Below are positions 9,124 to 17,830 of a stretch of DNA of 24,819 bases, in pieces. The notes beneath the pieces were generated by a model. That model saw only the letters and a program-made list of their open reading frames with translations, had not been told where the DNA came from and did not search any database. The stretch is from a virus. Its lineage: Duplodnaviria > Caudoviricetes. The stretch spans positions 1-24,819 of IMG/VR virus record IMGVR_UViG_3300020413_000077; one strand, 5' to 3'. The position numbers and the translations under genes were made by a program. The stretch's first letter is position 1, and each line of letters begins with the position of its first letter.

Positions 9124-11478
9124 TTAAAGTTTTCTTCTAACCCGATCTCTATCGAGGTATTCTGTTGCTGGAAATTCAAATTCTTTTCTACCTGTAAAAA
9201 AGACTCCAGTTTCAATCCATTGATCACCATCCCATTTAATAAATGTTCCTCTAGGTAATCTTTTCCAATCTCCTATTTGTGGACGCACCATATCTAATTC
9301 AGGTGTTACGTAACCCTTTTCTGCTAATTGAGCGTCAACAGCTTCATCTATTAAATAGCCAACTTCGTTGTATGTAATATTGCCATCTTCTTTAAGCAAT
9401 TCTATTTTTGCTCTCTCTACTCTTTGCTTGTCAGGATGCAACGTCAACAATTCGCTTACACGAACAGGAAGTTTTTCTAATTCTTTATCAGCTTCTGTTT
9501 TTATTGGTCCTTCTCCAACTACTTCTAATTGAAAATTAGCAAGTTGAGTAGGAGACAAAGCCATTTTATTAGCTAAATCCTCATATATTTTTGGAACTAT
9601 TGTTCCACCACTATCTCTATATTGTTTTAAAGCTTCTTCAGTTCCAGGAATTACACTTGTCCTTTCTAGATCTGGATTAAGTCCAAGAGCCGTTTTTGCT
9701 AATTCTCTATTTTCTAAAAAAACCTGATTGCTAGATGAAGTCGGAAAAGAATTATAATCACCATCTTTTATCTTTTTTTCTACTTTTTCTATAGCTTTTA
9801 AATATGCATTTCTAGGACTACCTTCAGTTCTAATAAAATTTTTATAAAACTCTTGAAGGTCTCTTGTAGCTTGTTGTTTGTTTGCTATCCATGAAGGAGT
9901 TTTAGCAACATTAGCTTCAGTAATATCTTTATATGCATTAACAGCAGCAACTATTCTTTCTTTAGATAATTCTTGAAACTCTTGAGGGAGGCTATAATTC
10001 TGTGAATCTTTAGCAATGTCTCTCCATGATTCCCAAAGCTCGTAACTATCAATATTGTAAAGATCTTCTTTATATATAGGTTCACCATCTCTAGCTTTTC
10101 TCTCTAATCTTTCATTTATATCTTCATCAGCAATATCTTCAGTCGTAACCATATTTACAAGATGATCAGGAAGAGCACCCCATTTGGCATAGTTCCATTT
10201 TCTTACAAACTCTTTTGCTTGGTCTCTATCGTATCTTTTACCTTGTTGCCATAACAAGTCCTCTTCATCTTTTATTTTTTGTAGATACTTTTTACCTTCA
10301 AATTTATCCTCTTGATCTCTGTTTTCAAATCTGGTACGTGCATCTTCTTTTCTTAATTCTACAACTTCTTGATACCAAATTTTATCTCGATCTTTCCATA
10401 ATACATTTGGTTGATCAGTAGTAGGAAGGTTCATTAATTCGTCAAATACGACATTTGAAAATACATCCGTATTAGTTAAATCACCTTTAAGATAATTTTC
10501 ACCTTTATACCCACCTTTTAAACGAGTACCATCTGGTAAAAAACTTTTCATATAACCAGCTACAAGTCTGTAAAAAGAGTCTTTATCTTTATTTTGGTAA
10601 AAATTATTACGCAAAACTGCAACCATATCCTGACTATCTACATAATCTTTACCTCTTTGTGCATTAGCTATTAGTCTTCTGCTGGCAGCACCCATTTTTT
10701 GTAAAGTTGGATTCAAGAAATCTGAACTATAACCATATAGGTTATTCGTTTGTAAAAATTCCTTTCTACCTTTTTCTAAAGCTTCCTGTACTTCATGCGG
10801 TTGTATAGCTCCAGAATCTCTTACATAATCTTCTATCCAAAATGTAAAAGCATCACCAGCTGCTTCAGCTCGATACTTAGCAGATCCATATTCCCACCAA
10901 GCACTATTTCTTTTTACGTTGTTTACAACATTAACTGGTGAACCTTGTTTCCATAAGGCTTCTCCAATATCTTGTATATCTAAGTGTTGCTCATAAAGTT
11001 TATTGCTACCTTCTACTTGATCTACAAAAGATTCGCTAGGTAAACCTTCCATGGCAGCTTGATTATATCCAGCCTGCATTTGGTTTTTTTTCCATTTCTC
11101 ATGGAATTGACCTAAGCTTTTTGTAAGAGTTTCACTAAATTGCATGAGGTCTTCCGCTTTTCTGCGGTCCTCTTCTGCAAGCATTTTATAGCTTTGCTCT
11201 TCAATCTTTTGATTAGTTTTAATAGCTTGGACTCTATTTTCGTAAGAACGGTCTTCAACAAAAGAATAATTCTTTGATCTTTGTTCCTCTTCTTTATTTA
11301 ATTTTCTTTCTAGTTGACGTTCAGACTTATCTGCTCGTTTATCTAGTGCATCTTTTTGCTCTTCTAAAGCTCGGATTTTCCTATTGTCTTCCTCTTGCTG
11401 TTTTCTTATTTCAGCATCACTTGGTCCAAATTGCTGAAAGCTAGTAGGACGAGCGTACCCTTGATAACTACTTGCCAT
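9124..11478 (-). CDS. Internal virion protein, T7 gp15-like (784 aa)
   Basis: Position and size; N-terminal YQGYAR motif then charged coiled coil. Confidence 0.72.
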   Translation of the reverse strand: MASSYQGYARPTSFQQFGPSDAEIRKQQEEDNRKIRALEEQKDALDKRADKSERQLERKLNKEEEQRSKNYSFVEDRSYENRVQAIKTNQKIEEQSYKMLAEEDRRKAEDLMQFSETLTKSLGQFHEKWKKNQMQAGYNQAAMEGLPSESFVDQVEGSNKLYEQHLDIQDIGEALWKQGSPVNVVNNVKRNSAWWEYGSAKYRAEAAGDAFTFWIEDYVRDSGAIQPHEVQEALEKGRKEFLQTNNLYGYSSDFLNPTLQKMGAASRRLIANAQRGKDYVDSQDMVAVLRNNFYQNKDKDSFYRLVAGYMKSFLPDGTRLKGGYKGENYLKGDLTNTDVFSNVVFDELMNLPTTDQPNVLWKDRDKIWYQEVVELRKEDARTRFENRDQEDKFEGKKYLQKIKDEEDLLWQQGKRYDRDQAKEFVRKWNYAKWGALPDHLVNMVTTEDIADEDINERLERKARDGEPIYKEDLYNIDSYELWESWRDIAKDSQNYSLPQEFQELSKERIVAAVNAYKDITEANVAKTPSWIANKQQATRDLQEFYKNFIRTEGSPRNAYLKAIEKVEKKIKDGDYNSFPTSSSNQVFLENRELAKTALGLNPDLERTSVIPGTEEALKQYRDSGGTIVPKIYEDLANKMALSPTQLANFQLEVVGEGPIKTEADKELEKLPVRVSELLTLHPDKQRVERAKIELLKEDGNITYNEVGYLIDEAVDAQLAEKGYVTPELDMVRPQIGDWKRLPRGTFIKWDGDQWIETGVFFTGRKEFEFPATEYLDRDRVRRKL

Positions 11479-11499
11479 TGTTTTTAAATTTTAAAATTA

Positions 11500-12507
11500 T
11501 TATTGAGTCCAATTAATATTTAGACCATCTGCCAAACTTGAATAATTTCCTCCTAAACCACTAGTCCAATCAACACCAGAAAAATCTCCACCTCCTCCAG
11601 TATAGTTGTAGTTTGCTAAACCACCTAAATCTCCATACTTTTCAAAAAGAGTAGTAGGTGCAGGGCTTGCACTAGCTAAAGAACCTAAAATACCCGCACC
11701 TAAATTAGCCCAAGATCCTGTGTATGTAGCCATTGCTCCTTTAATAGGTTCTGGACCAAAATCAAAATCTTCTAATTCTCTTGGTAACTCATATTCAGTT
11801 ATTAAAGTTTTAAGAGGTCTTGGAGGAACTGGTAAGGTTTCAGGAGGACTCATTAAGTTTGCATCAGCATTTTTATCTGCTATTGCTTTCTGTAAATCTA
11901 TATTTAAATTTGCAGCTCTAGTATTAGTTTGAGCACTCATTAATGATTCTGCTAACGCAGATTGTGTTCTACCTAATTCAGCTATTGTAGATTGAACTAC
12001 TTTACCAGCTGTTCTACCACTGCCACCTTTAACTATAGCTTCACCTTTAGATGCCATTTGTTTTAATATTGCATCTTGATTTTCAAATATTAATTTCTGT
12101 GTTGTTTCTCGTAATGCTCTTTGTTGACTTTGTTTTGCAAGTGTTGAACCAATTTCATTAAAAGCTCTTTTTTGTTTATGTAATTCTTTAGATTTTAAGA
12201 ACTGAGCATTTAAAGATTTTTGCTTCATATTCCTAATTTGCATTCCATAGTTATAGGAATCTAAAGAATTTTGATCTTTATATGAAGCTAGTCTTATTTC
12301 ATCTGCTTGCTTTTTTTTAATATTTCGTACAGCTTCATCCCAATCAGCTTGAGATTTCTCTTTGGTCATTTCAAACAGCTGAGTGCTGTACTGATATTGC
12401 TTTTCGACCATCTCATTGTGCCTTGCATTAGCAGCACTCTGAGCTGATTTTTGTCCAGCAAAACCTAATATTGCACTACCTACTCCTAAAACAGTTTGCC
12501 ATGGCAT
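11500..12507 (-). CDS. Internal virion protein, T7 gp14-like (335 aa)
   Basis: Gly/Ala hydrophobic N-terminus, coiled-coil core with GGSGRTA, Gly-rich C-terminus; follows tail tubular B. Confidence 0.68.
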   Translation of the reverse strand: MPWQTVLGVGSAILGFAGQKSAQSAANARHNEMVEKQYQYSTQLFEMTKEKSQADWDEAVRNIKKKQADEIRLASYKDQNSLDSYNYGMQIRNMKQKSLNAQFLKSKELHKQKRAFNEIGSTLAKQSQQRALRETTQKLIFENQDAILKQMASKGEAIVKGGSGRTAGKVVQSTIAELGRTQSALAESLMSAQTNTRAANLNIDLQKAIADKNADANLMSPPETLPVPPRPLKTLITEYELPRELEDFDFGPEPIKGAMATYTGSWANLGAGILGSLASASPAPTTLFEKYGDLGGLANYNYTGGGGDFSGVDWTSGLGGNYSSLADGLNINWTQ

Positions 12508-12509
12508 AT

Positions 12510-15185
12510 TTATGTCCTCCTATAAAAACGTGGTGTGTAATGTCCTTCCCACATCATTGAATTTAGAGAGACAGGATATGGTGAGTCATTAAAAATTCTT
12601 AATTGGAAATTCTTTGATCTTTGATGTATTGGAATTGTAAATACTGACTGATCTTCAAGCGGTACATCATCCGCTAAATAAAAGTCAGCTTCTTGAATTG
12701 GATTTAAGCTATACCATTCATCTGTATAAATAATAATTGCATCTCCACTAGCTGGAGCTGTAGTAAATCTAATTTCTGTATCATTTAAAAAAGTAAAAGC
12801 TGTCGTAACAACATTATTTATTTTTATTTTTATTTCATCTCTATCTATATTATTTATATCCCCTTTAGTCCAGTTGTAATCTGTAGTAGATCCATCTCCT
12901 GTATAAGATCTTGAACCAGATAACCTACCTTTTTGAAATAATTTAAATGACATAAGACCTGATAAACCTACAGCAAATTTCATTCTTGAAATTACTAATG
13001 AAGCAGTAAAATCACTTCTAGTTCCAGCCTCATTTAATTGCATGTAGAGCTTAGGTAAAACAATATCAAAATCATATTTAAAACCTACAATCACATTACT
13101 TGCAACACTGGTTAGATCTTGATTAGGTACTTTAAAATAAGCATTAGATCCATCTATTACATATTCAGGTGTCATAGTAAAACCTGATTGAACAAATGTA
13201 CCGGCAGCTGTACTACCAGAAATAACTAATACTGGAGTTAAGGTATTTAAATCCGACCATTGTGTCAGGTTATAAGGTAAATAACATTTACTAAATTTTC
13301 CAGCTGAATCGTATGTAACTGAGCTAGCAGTCGCATACAAATCCATACATGGATTAACTTTTTGACCTTGGTTATTAACTATAATTGCTTGTTCTGGACT
13401 CTGACTTAAAGCAGCTTGAAGTAAGACAGCATTGTTGTTTAAAAAACATACTGCATACATATCATCTTCATCGATAGCTGTAGTTTGCACAGTTCCTGGA
13501 AGTTCCCAATTAAACCAAGACTCCATTAAATTTTGTTCGCCATCATTATATGTTCTAAAGAAATAAATATAATTTGATGAATTACCACTTAATGTAAGTA
13601 ATTTGTTTTGAACACTGGTATTTAAACTGGTCACATTAGCTGGTATCCATTCTTTAACAACTCTGCTTGTGTCTAAAATTACGGGTTGTTGCTGAACACC
13701 TCTTGGAGCCATTGAAAAAACTCTGGTATAACTAGGAGTTTTAGTAAGAAAATTTATAATATCTCCAGTTTGTACAGGATTAATAACAGGGTCCATTTCA
13801 TAGTTACTAATACTCTTAATAACCGTCAAACCTGGAGTTAATACCCCAGTATCAGAAAACATTAGAAATTGCTCTTTACCACTAAACAGGAATAATCCAG
13901 CAGCAGTAGGTATAACTGCATGTAATGCAGCTGGTCTTATAGATGAACAACTTAAATCAACAGGGTCTGCTTGAGTAATTATTTGTGCAGAAGTATGGTA
14001 AAAATTAAAAAAATCTCCAGCCTTACTCATAGAAACATTATCAGTTGCTAAAAATCCAAGTCTGTTGTTGTAGAAAAAGGCATCTTGTATTTCTTTACCT
14101 ACAAAACTAGGATGACTATTAGTCGAATCATCACCTACTAATCTTTCTTTATAATCCATTCTTCTAAAAACGAATGAATTTGGAACGTTATTAATTAATT
14201 CATGCGGCATTGTTGAAACATCTAATCCTGAAGAAACACTTGGATCTCTTCCTTCTTCCCAATGTCCTCTACCTGAAATACCATCGTCAGCTTCAAACTT
14301 TGCAAAATACGTATCAGCTGAAGAATTTGTATTTAATATTTTTACTACATGGTTATGAAATGCCTGTGCTGGTAGCTGTGAAACATTATCCACTTGATCT
14401 TGAAACACTGCTAATTTGTTATTAGCTGCACCACCTTTACATGTAATAGTGAAAGCAGTTCTTGTACCACTTACTTCTCTTTCAATCTGTAGTCCACCAA
14501 GAAATTTGGTAACGACTACACCTGATATACCAAAACTATCAATACCATTTTTAAGGGTATTTAATAAGCCATCATAAGTTTCTGAGGAACTTGTAGTGGT
14601 ACTAAAAGTTTGATCAGATGCACCTCCTCCCGCATTCATCGTTACTGAATATGTTGAAGAAATTGCAGTATCTGTAAGAATTAATGTAGCTCTCGTATTT
14701 GCAATAAACGTAGGATCAGGTACTTTAGCAACAGTCTTTGCTATGTTAGTGACTATTGTAGTGTCCTGAATTGTTGTAAGTTTATATTTATTTATTGGTA
14801 ACAGCTGGTCTAAATATGTTTGACAAGATGTGCCACTATAACTGGTATAACTTACAGTACATGCGGTTCCATCAGCTGCGTTCCAAATATAAATACTTCC
14901 ATCTGTATTACCTACTTTTTTAGTTACGCATCCTACATATTTTTCATCTTCATCTCTAGCAATAAAAAACCATTTTGCATTTTCTAATGTTGTTTTAGAT
15001 AAATTATTGCCACTTGTATCTTGTAAGGTTTGTAAAAATTTAAATCCTGGACGTTTAGTTAAACCAAAAGTAGGATCAGGAAAACCATTCAGACACTCAC
15101 GAACTTGACCAGGAAGTTTTTTATCGTCAGTTTGTCTGGATACGCCACCTAGAAAATTGTTAATTCGTTGAGTAACTGAAGCCAT
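12510..15185 (-). CDS. Tail tubular protein B / nozzle (T7 gp12-like, 891 aa)
   Basis: Start MASVTQRINNFLGGVSRQ..GLTKRPG; PSFVG..FYNNRLGFL; end MMWEGHYTPRFYRRT. Confidence 0.92.
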   Translation of the reverse strand: MASVTQRINNFLGGVSRQTDDKKLPGQVRECLNGFPDPTFGLTKRPGFKFLQTLQDTSGNNLSKTTLENAKWFFIARDEDEKYVGCVTKKVGNTDGSIYIWNAADGTACTVSYTSYSGTSCQTYLDQLLPINKYKLTTIQDTTIVTNIAKTVAKVPDPTFIANTRATLILTDTAISSTYSVTMNAGGGASDQTFSTTTSSSETYDGLLNTLKNGIDSFGISGVVVTKFLGGLQIEREVSGTRTAFTITCKGGAANNKLAVFQDQVDNVSQLPAQAFHNHVVKILNTNSSADTYFAKFEADDGISGRGHWEEGRDPSVSSGLDVSTMPHELINNVPNSFVFRRMDYKERLVGDDSTNSHPSFVGKEIQDAFFYNNRLGFLATDNVSMSKAGDFFNFYHTSAQIITQADPVDLSCSSIRPAALHAVIPTAAGLFLFSGKEQFLMFSDTGVLTPGLTVIKSISNYEMDPVINPVQTGDIINFLTKTPSYTRVFSMAPRGVQQQPVILDTSRVVKEWIPANVTSLNTSVQNKLLTLSGNSSNYIYFFRTYNDGEQNLMESWFNWELPGTVQTTAIDEDDMYAVCFLNNNAVLLQAALSQSPEQAIIVNNQGQKVNPCMDLYATASSVTYDSAGKFSKCYLPYNLTQWSDLNTLTPVLVISGSTAAGTFVQSGFTMTPEYVIDGSNAYFKVPNQDLTSVASNVIVGFKYDFDIVLPKLYMQLNEAGTRSDFTASLVISRMKFAVGLSGLMSFKLFQKGRLSGSRSYTGDGSTTDYNWTKGDINNIDRDEIKIKINNVVTTAFTFLNDTEIRFTTAPASGDAIIIYTDEWYSLNPIQEADFYLADDVPLEDQSVFTIPIHQRSKNFQLRIFNDSPYPVSLNSMMWEGHYTPRFYRRT

Positions 15186-15802
15186 TATCGTATTAAAGCT
15201 GTGTGAGGTTTGTAGCTGTTATATTTGCTGTTATTACTTGTAGTACCAAAGAATGTATAGTCACCTTGATTGCATTCATATTCAACTGCCATAGCTCTCA
15301 TATAAGACTCTTTTTGTTGAAGCATTTTATATTGAGTACTATCTCCAATAATTCTGGTTGAAGTTATCCCAGCAGCTCTAGCTGTTATGTAATCCTTTAT
15401 AGGTTGGGGTAAATCTACCCAGTCAAAAAACCAAGTAACATCGCATTCGACACTACCATCTGTAAATTTATAAGTATGATTTTGTTTGTCATACAATTTC
15501 CCATTTCTTCTAACAACATCTTTAGTTGCATTAGCAGAGTTCTCTGTTAAATCTATTTGTAAGATATTGTTTGGTATTAGTATTTCGTTATTTGTGTCAG
15601 GTGTAAATTCGTAGTGGGATTCCTTATTAAAACTCCAGCCTTCAGATTGGATTTCTCTAGATACTTCTAATAAAGTACTATATGCAATCGCAACGTCAGG
15701 GTTGGTTTGATCCAAAGTGGTCGCTGGAGCTTGACCACAAGACGCTAATATTTGGTTTACTGCTGGCAGTTCAGTAACTGCGTTAGTGGTAGGAAAAGCC
15801 AT
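15185..15802 (-). CDS. Tail tubular protein A / adaptor (T7 gp11-like, 205 aa)
   Basis: TELPAVNQILASCGQAP..EIQSEGWSFNKE..DLPQPIKDYITARAA; follows capsid. Confidence 0.93.
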   Translation of the reverse strand: MAFPTTNAVTELPAVNQILASCGQAPATTLDQTNPDVAIAYSTLLEVSREIQSEGWSFNKESHYEFTPDTNNEILIPNNILQIDLTENSANATKDVVRRNGKLYDKQNHTYKFTDGSVECDVTWFFDWVDLPQPIKDYITARAAGITSTRIIGDSTQYKMLQQKESYMRAMAVEYECNQGDYTFFGTTSNNSKYNSYKPHTALIR

Positions 15803-15809
15803 ATTTATA

Positions 15810-15835
15810 AATAAAAAAAGGGGTCCGAAGACCCC
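15810..15835 (-). terminator. Intrinsic terminator after major capsid gene (T-phi equivalent)
   Basis: Minus strand GGGGTC-TTCG-GACCCC followed by TTTTTTTATTT, 11 nt after the capsid stop. Confidence 0.92.
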
Positions 15836-15846
15836 ATTAAACGTTT

Positions 15847-16971
15847 TTAGAATGCAGAAGGAGCAGAAGCACCAACATATAATTCTACAGCCGCAGCTGG
15901 GTTTAAGTAATCAGCACCCATTGCAAGACGACCTAAGATAACATCACCCTGATAAATCACGGATACGTCACCTGAAGTTACTTGAACTTGAGGACCGATT
16001 GCTTCAACACAACCAGCAGCTTCTTTCTGGAATATCAAACCACATGAAGAGGCTCCTAACTCAGAGTTAGTACCGTAGTCGTTTTTAATTCCTGTTTCTG
16101 AACCAGAAGCATCTTCTGGAGTAGGTCCAACAAAAGAACCTAAATTTGAAGGAGCAGTTTCTCCTGTTGTGCCGCCATAAGCAACACCATATTTGCCAAG
16201 GAATGGAATATTCATTGACTTGTAGATCTTGATACCAGCGATCTCGATAACTCCGTTACCACCTTGTAAAGCAGTACCTTGTGAGTCACGGTTCACTAGA
16301 CCATTAGATCCAACAGCTTGGATTAAGCTGTAATATTGTCTTGGGTTAAGAACACCAATTCTTCCGTCACCAGAAACGCCTTTCTCATCCATTGCCGCAG
16401 CAGCGTCATAGAAAGCATTTACTAAGTTAGCAGAAGCATAAGCATCAGAATCGTTAGTTGTTGCACCAACTCTGATTTGTGTTCCACCGGGTTCTACAAA
16501 GTTAGACTTTGTAATTGGTGAGGCAGCTCTTGCTCCCCTTGTTATTGCACGGAATACAAGTCTGTCATATTTTTCAGCAAGTGCGAAACCAATCTTCCTT
16601 GAGATTTCTGATCTTAAATCATAGTGAGCAAGTGTCTCATCAAGTTCGTAGACAAATGCTGAACTAATTAAGAGTTCATCACAAGTAATTGTTTTCTCAG
16701 CTACTGGAGGGGTTCCATCGGAGTTTCCGAGGATACTATTTCCAGGAGTGTGGAACTCAGCACCAGTGCGACCTGTGTAAATGAACTGCATACTCTGACC
16801 GTTGGTTAGTGTACGCTTCATTACAAGATCTCTAGCAATTGTTTCGTGCTGGAATCCTTTAAACATCTCTCCTGAGAACAGCTTTAAGTAAAGGGCGCGT
16901 CTATCTCCAGCACTATTACTAGCACCTGGCATAGTAACGCTGGATTGCATCCCTGTAGACTGTTGAGCCAT
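15847..16971 (-). CDS. Major capsid protein (T7 gp10-like, 374 aa)
   Basis: ALYLKLFSGEMFKGF..RTLTNGQSMQFIYTGR..HYDLRSEISRKIGFALAEKYDR..GDVILGRLAMGADYLNP; followed by strong terminator. Confidence 0.96.
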   Translation of the reverse strand: MAQQSTGMQSSVTMPGASNSAGDRRALYLKLFSGEMFKGFQHETIARDLVMKRTLTNGQSMQFIYTGRTGAEFHTPGNSILGNSDGTPPVAEKTITCDELLISSAFVYELDETLAHYDLRSEISRKIGFALAEKYDRLVFRAITRGARAASPITKSNFVEPGGTQIRVGATTNDSDAYASANLVNAFYDAAAAMDEKGVSGDGRIGVLNPRQYYSLIQAVGSNGLVNRDSQGTALQGGNGVIEIAGIKIYKSMNIPFLGKYGVAYGGTTGETAPSNLGSFVGPTPEDASGSETGIKNDYGTNSELGASSCGLIFQKEAAGCVEAIGPQVQVTSGDVSVIYQGDVILGRLAMGADYLNPAAAVELYVGASAPSAF

Positions 16972-17004
16972 TTTTCAGTTAAAAATTGAAGGTATATATT
17001 GTCG

Positions 17005-17147
17005 TCTTCACGCGTGAAAAGTTGCGAGACTTATGCGTCTCAATAATGTTTGTGGTCTATCCCACCGTCTAGACGGCTGATTGGTATCCTCCTTAGAGGG
17101 CAAAAAGCCAAATTGAAAAGAGATCCGACTCTGAGGTGTCTCTTCTC
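17005..17147 (-). promoter_or_regulatory. Putative structured RNA leader upstream of capsid gene
   Basis: Dense inverted repeats (plus-strand coordinates): TTCACGCGTGAA 17007-17018; GAGAC-N6-GTCTC 17026-17041; GTGG-N6-CCAC 17052-17065; CCGTCTAGACGG 17065-17076; CCTC-N4-GAGG 17088-17099 enclosed by GGCT/AGCC; AAGAGA..TCTCTT 17118-17144. Confidence 0.55.
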
Positions 17148-17235
17148 TCATGTGATATAGAACGTGTAAACCTTCTATAAAACAAAAAAGAGCCATAACC
17201 GAAACGGTTACAGCCCATAATGAATTAAGTTTCAC
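17008..17235 (-). CDS. Small predicted membrane protein / uORF (75 aa)
   Basis: GTG start abuts TAA of the upstream peptide; hydrophobic N-terminus (LWAVTVSVMALFCFIEGLHVLYH); 3' half runs through the hairpin cluster. Confidence 0.5.
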   Translation of the reverse strand: MKLNSLWAVTVSVMALFCFIEGLHVLYHMREETPQSRISFQFGFLPSKEDTNQPSRRWDRPQTLLRRISLATFHA

Positions 17236-17286
17236 TTAAACAATTCTTGTGTAAGCAACGCCACGATATACGAAAGTAACTTTCAT
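17236..17286 (-). CDS. DUF4278-like YRG 'downstream peptide' MKVTFVYRGVAYTRIV (16 aa; missed by ORF track)
   Basis: ATG at 17286 preceded by GGAG SD (tatGGAGataaccATG); YRGVxY motif; directly 3' of riboswitch. Confidence 0.82.
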   Translation of the reverse strand: MKVTFVYRGVAYTRIV

Positions 17287-17297
17287 GGTTATCTCCA

Positions 17298-17355
17298 TAT
17301 ACTAAGCCCCGTTCCATGCTTAGTTCTCATGCGTCCCCGAAGGGATGAACGGACG
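17298..17355 (-). ncRNA. Glutamine-II riboswitch (Downstream-peptide RNA motif)
   Basis: Minus strand CGTTCA-TCCC-TTCG-GGGA-CG-CATG-AGAACTAAG-CATG-GAACG-GG-GCTTAGT: P1 CGTTC/GAACG, UUCG hairpin, CATG/CATG stem, perfect 7-nt complementarity ACTAAGC/GCTTAGT (pseudoknot); followed by YRG peptide. Confidence 0.85.
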
Positions 17356-17361
17356 TCGTGG

Positions 17362-17520
17362 TTATTCAGTAACAGTTTCTTCTACTGTTTCAGTTACTTT
17401 CTTTTTATAGCGTCCCTTATTGTCACGCTTTTTTGCCACTGGTTTTGTTTCTTCTTCTACTACTTCTATAGGATTATTTCTACCTGTTGTAGATTTCCAG
17501 TGTCTTACATTTACGGTCAT
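17362..17520 (-). CDS. Small charged protein (52 aa; missed by ORF track)
   Basis: MTVNVRHWKSTTGRNNPIEVVEEETKPVAKKRDNKGRYKKKVTETVEETVTE; ATG 1 nt after previous stop; fills the gap to the riboswitch. Confidence 0.7.
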   Translation of the reverse strand: MTVNVRHWKSTTGRNNPIEVVEEETKPVAKKRDNKGRYKKKVTETVEETVTE

Positions 17521-17521
17521 A

Positions 17522-17830
17522 TTAAAAAGAAGGTTCTCCTTCTGGTTCTGTGTATTGAGCTTCTAATTTCTCTTTAGTTTCTTTCAAATCGTCAGATTTC
17601 TTTTCTGGTTCTAAAGAGTAAGGACTAACTCCAGCCCTCATTGTTGAATTTTGATGTGACATATTGTTCCAATGACGTATAACGCCGGCAATAATAAAAC
17701 AATTAGTTATTAGGTAACTAATGAAAATGAAAGTACGTGTGATAGCAATGATGTTGTCATAAGATCTAGTCTTATTATCTTCAAAGCTACCAAGCGCATA
17801 CTTCCATATAGTCCAAATTTTTTTAGCCAA
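17522..17830 (-). CDS. Small membrane protein (..[23 protein letters not shown]..) in frame with a second module starting MSHQ at 17662
   Basis: ORF overlaps psbA end by 8 nt; N-half has one TM segment resembling a common cyanophage small protein; C-half is acidic/charged with its own ATG. Confidence 0.7.
   Translation of the reverse strand: MAKKIWTIWKYALGSFEDNKTRSYDNIIAITRTFIFISYLITNCFIIAGVIRHWNNMSHQNSTMRAGVSPYSLEPEKKSDDLKETKEKLEAQYTEPEGEPSF

Noticed and set aside
15803-15860. T7-like gp10A/10B frameshift extension of the capsid
   Set aside because: Terminator and tail tubular A start follow within 45 nt; no room for an extension
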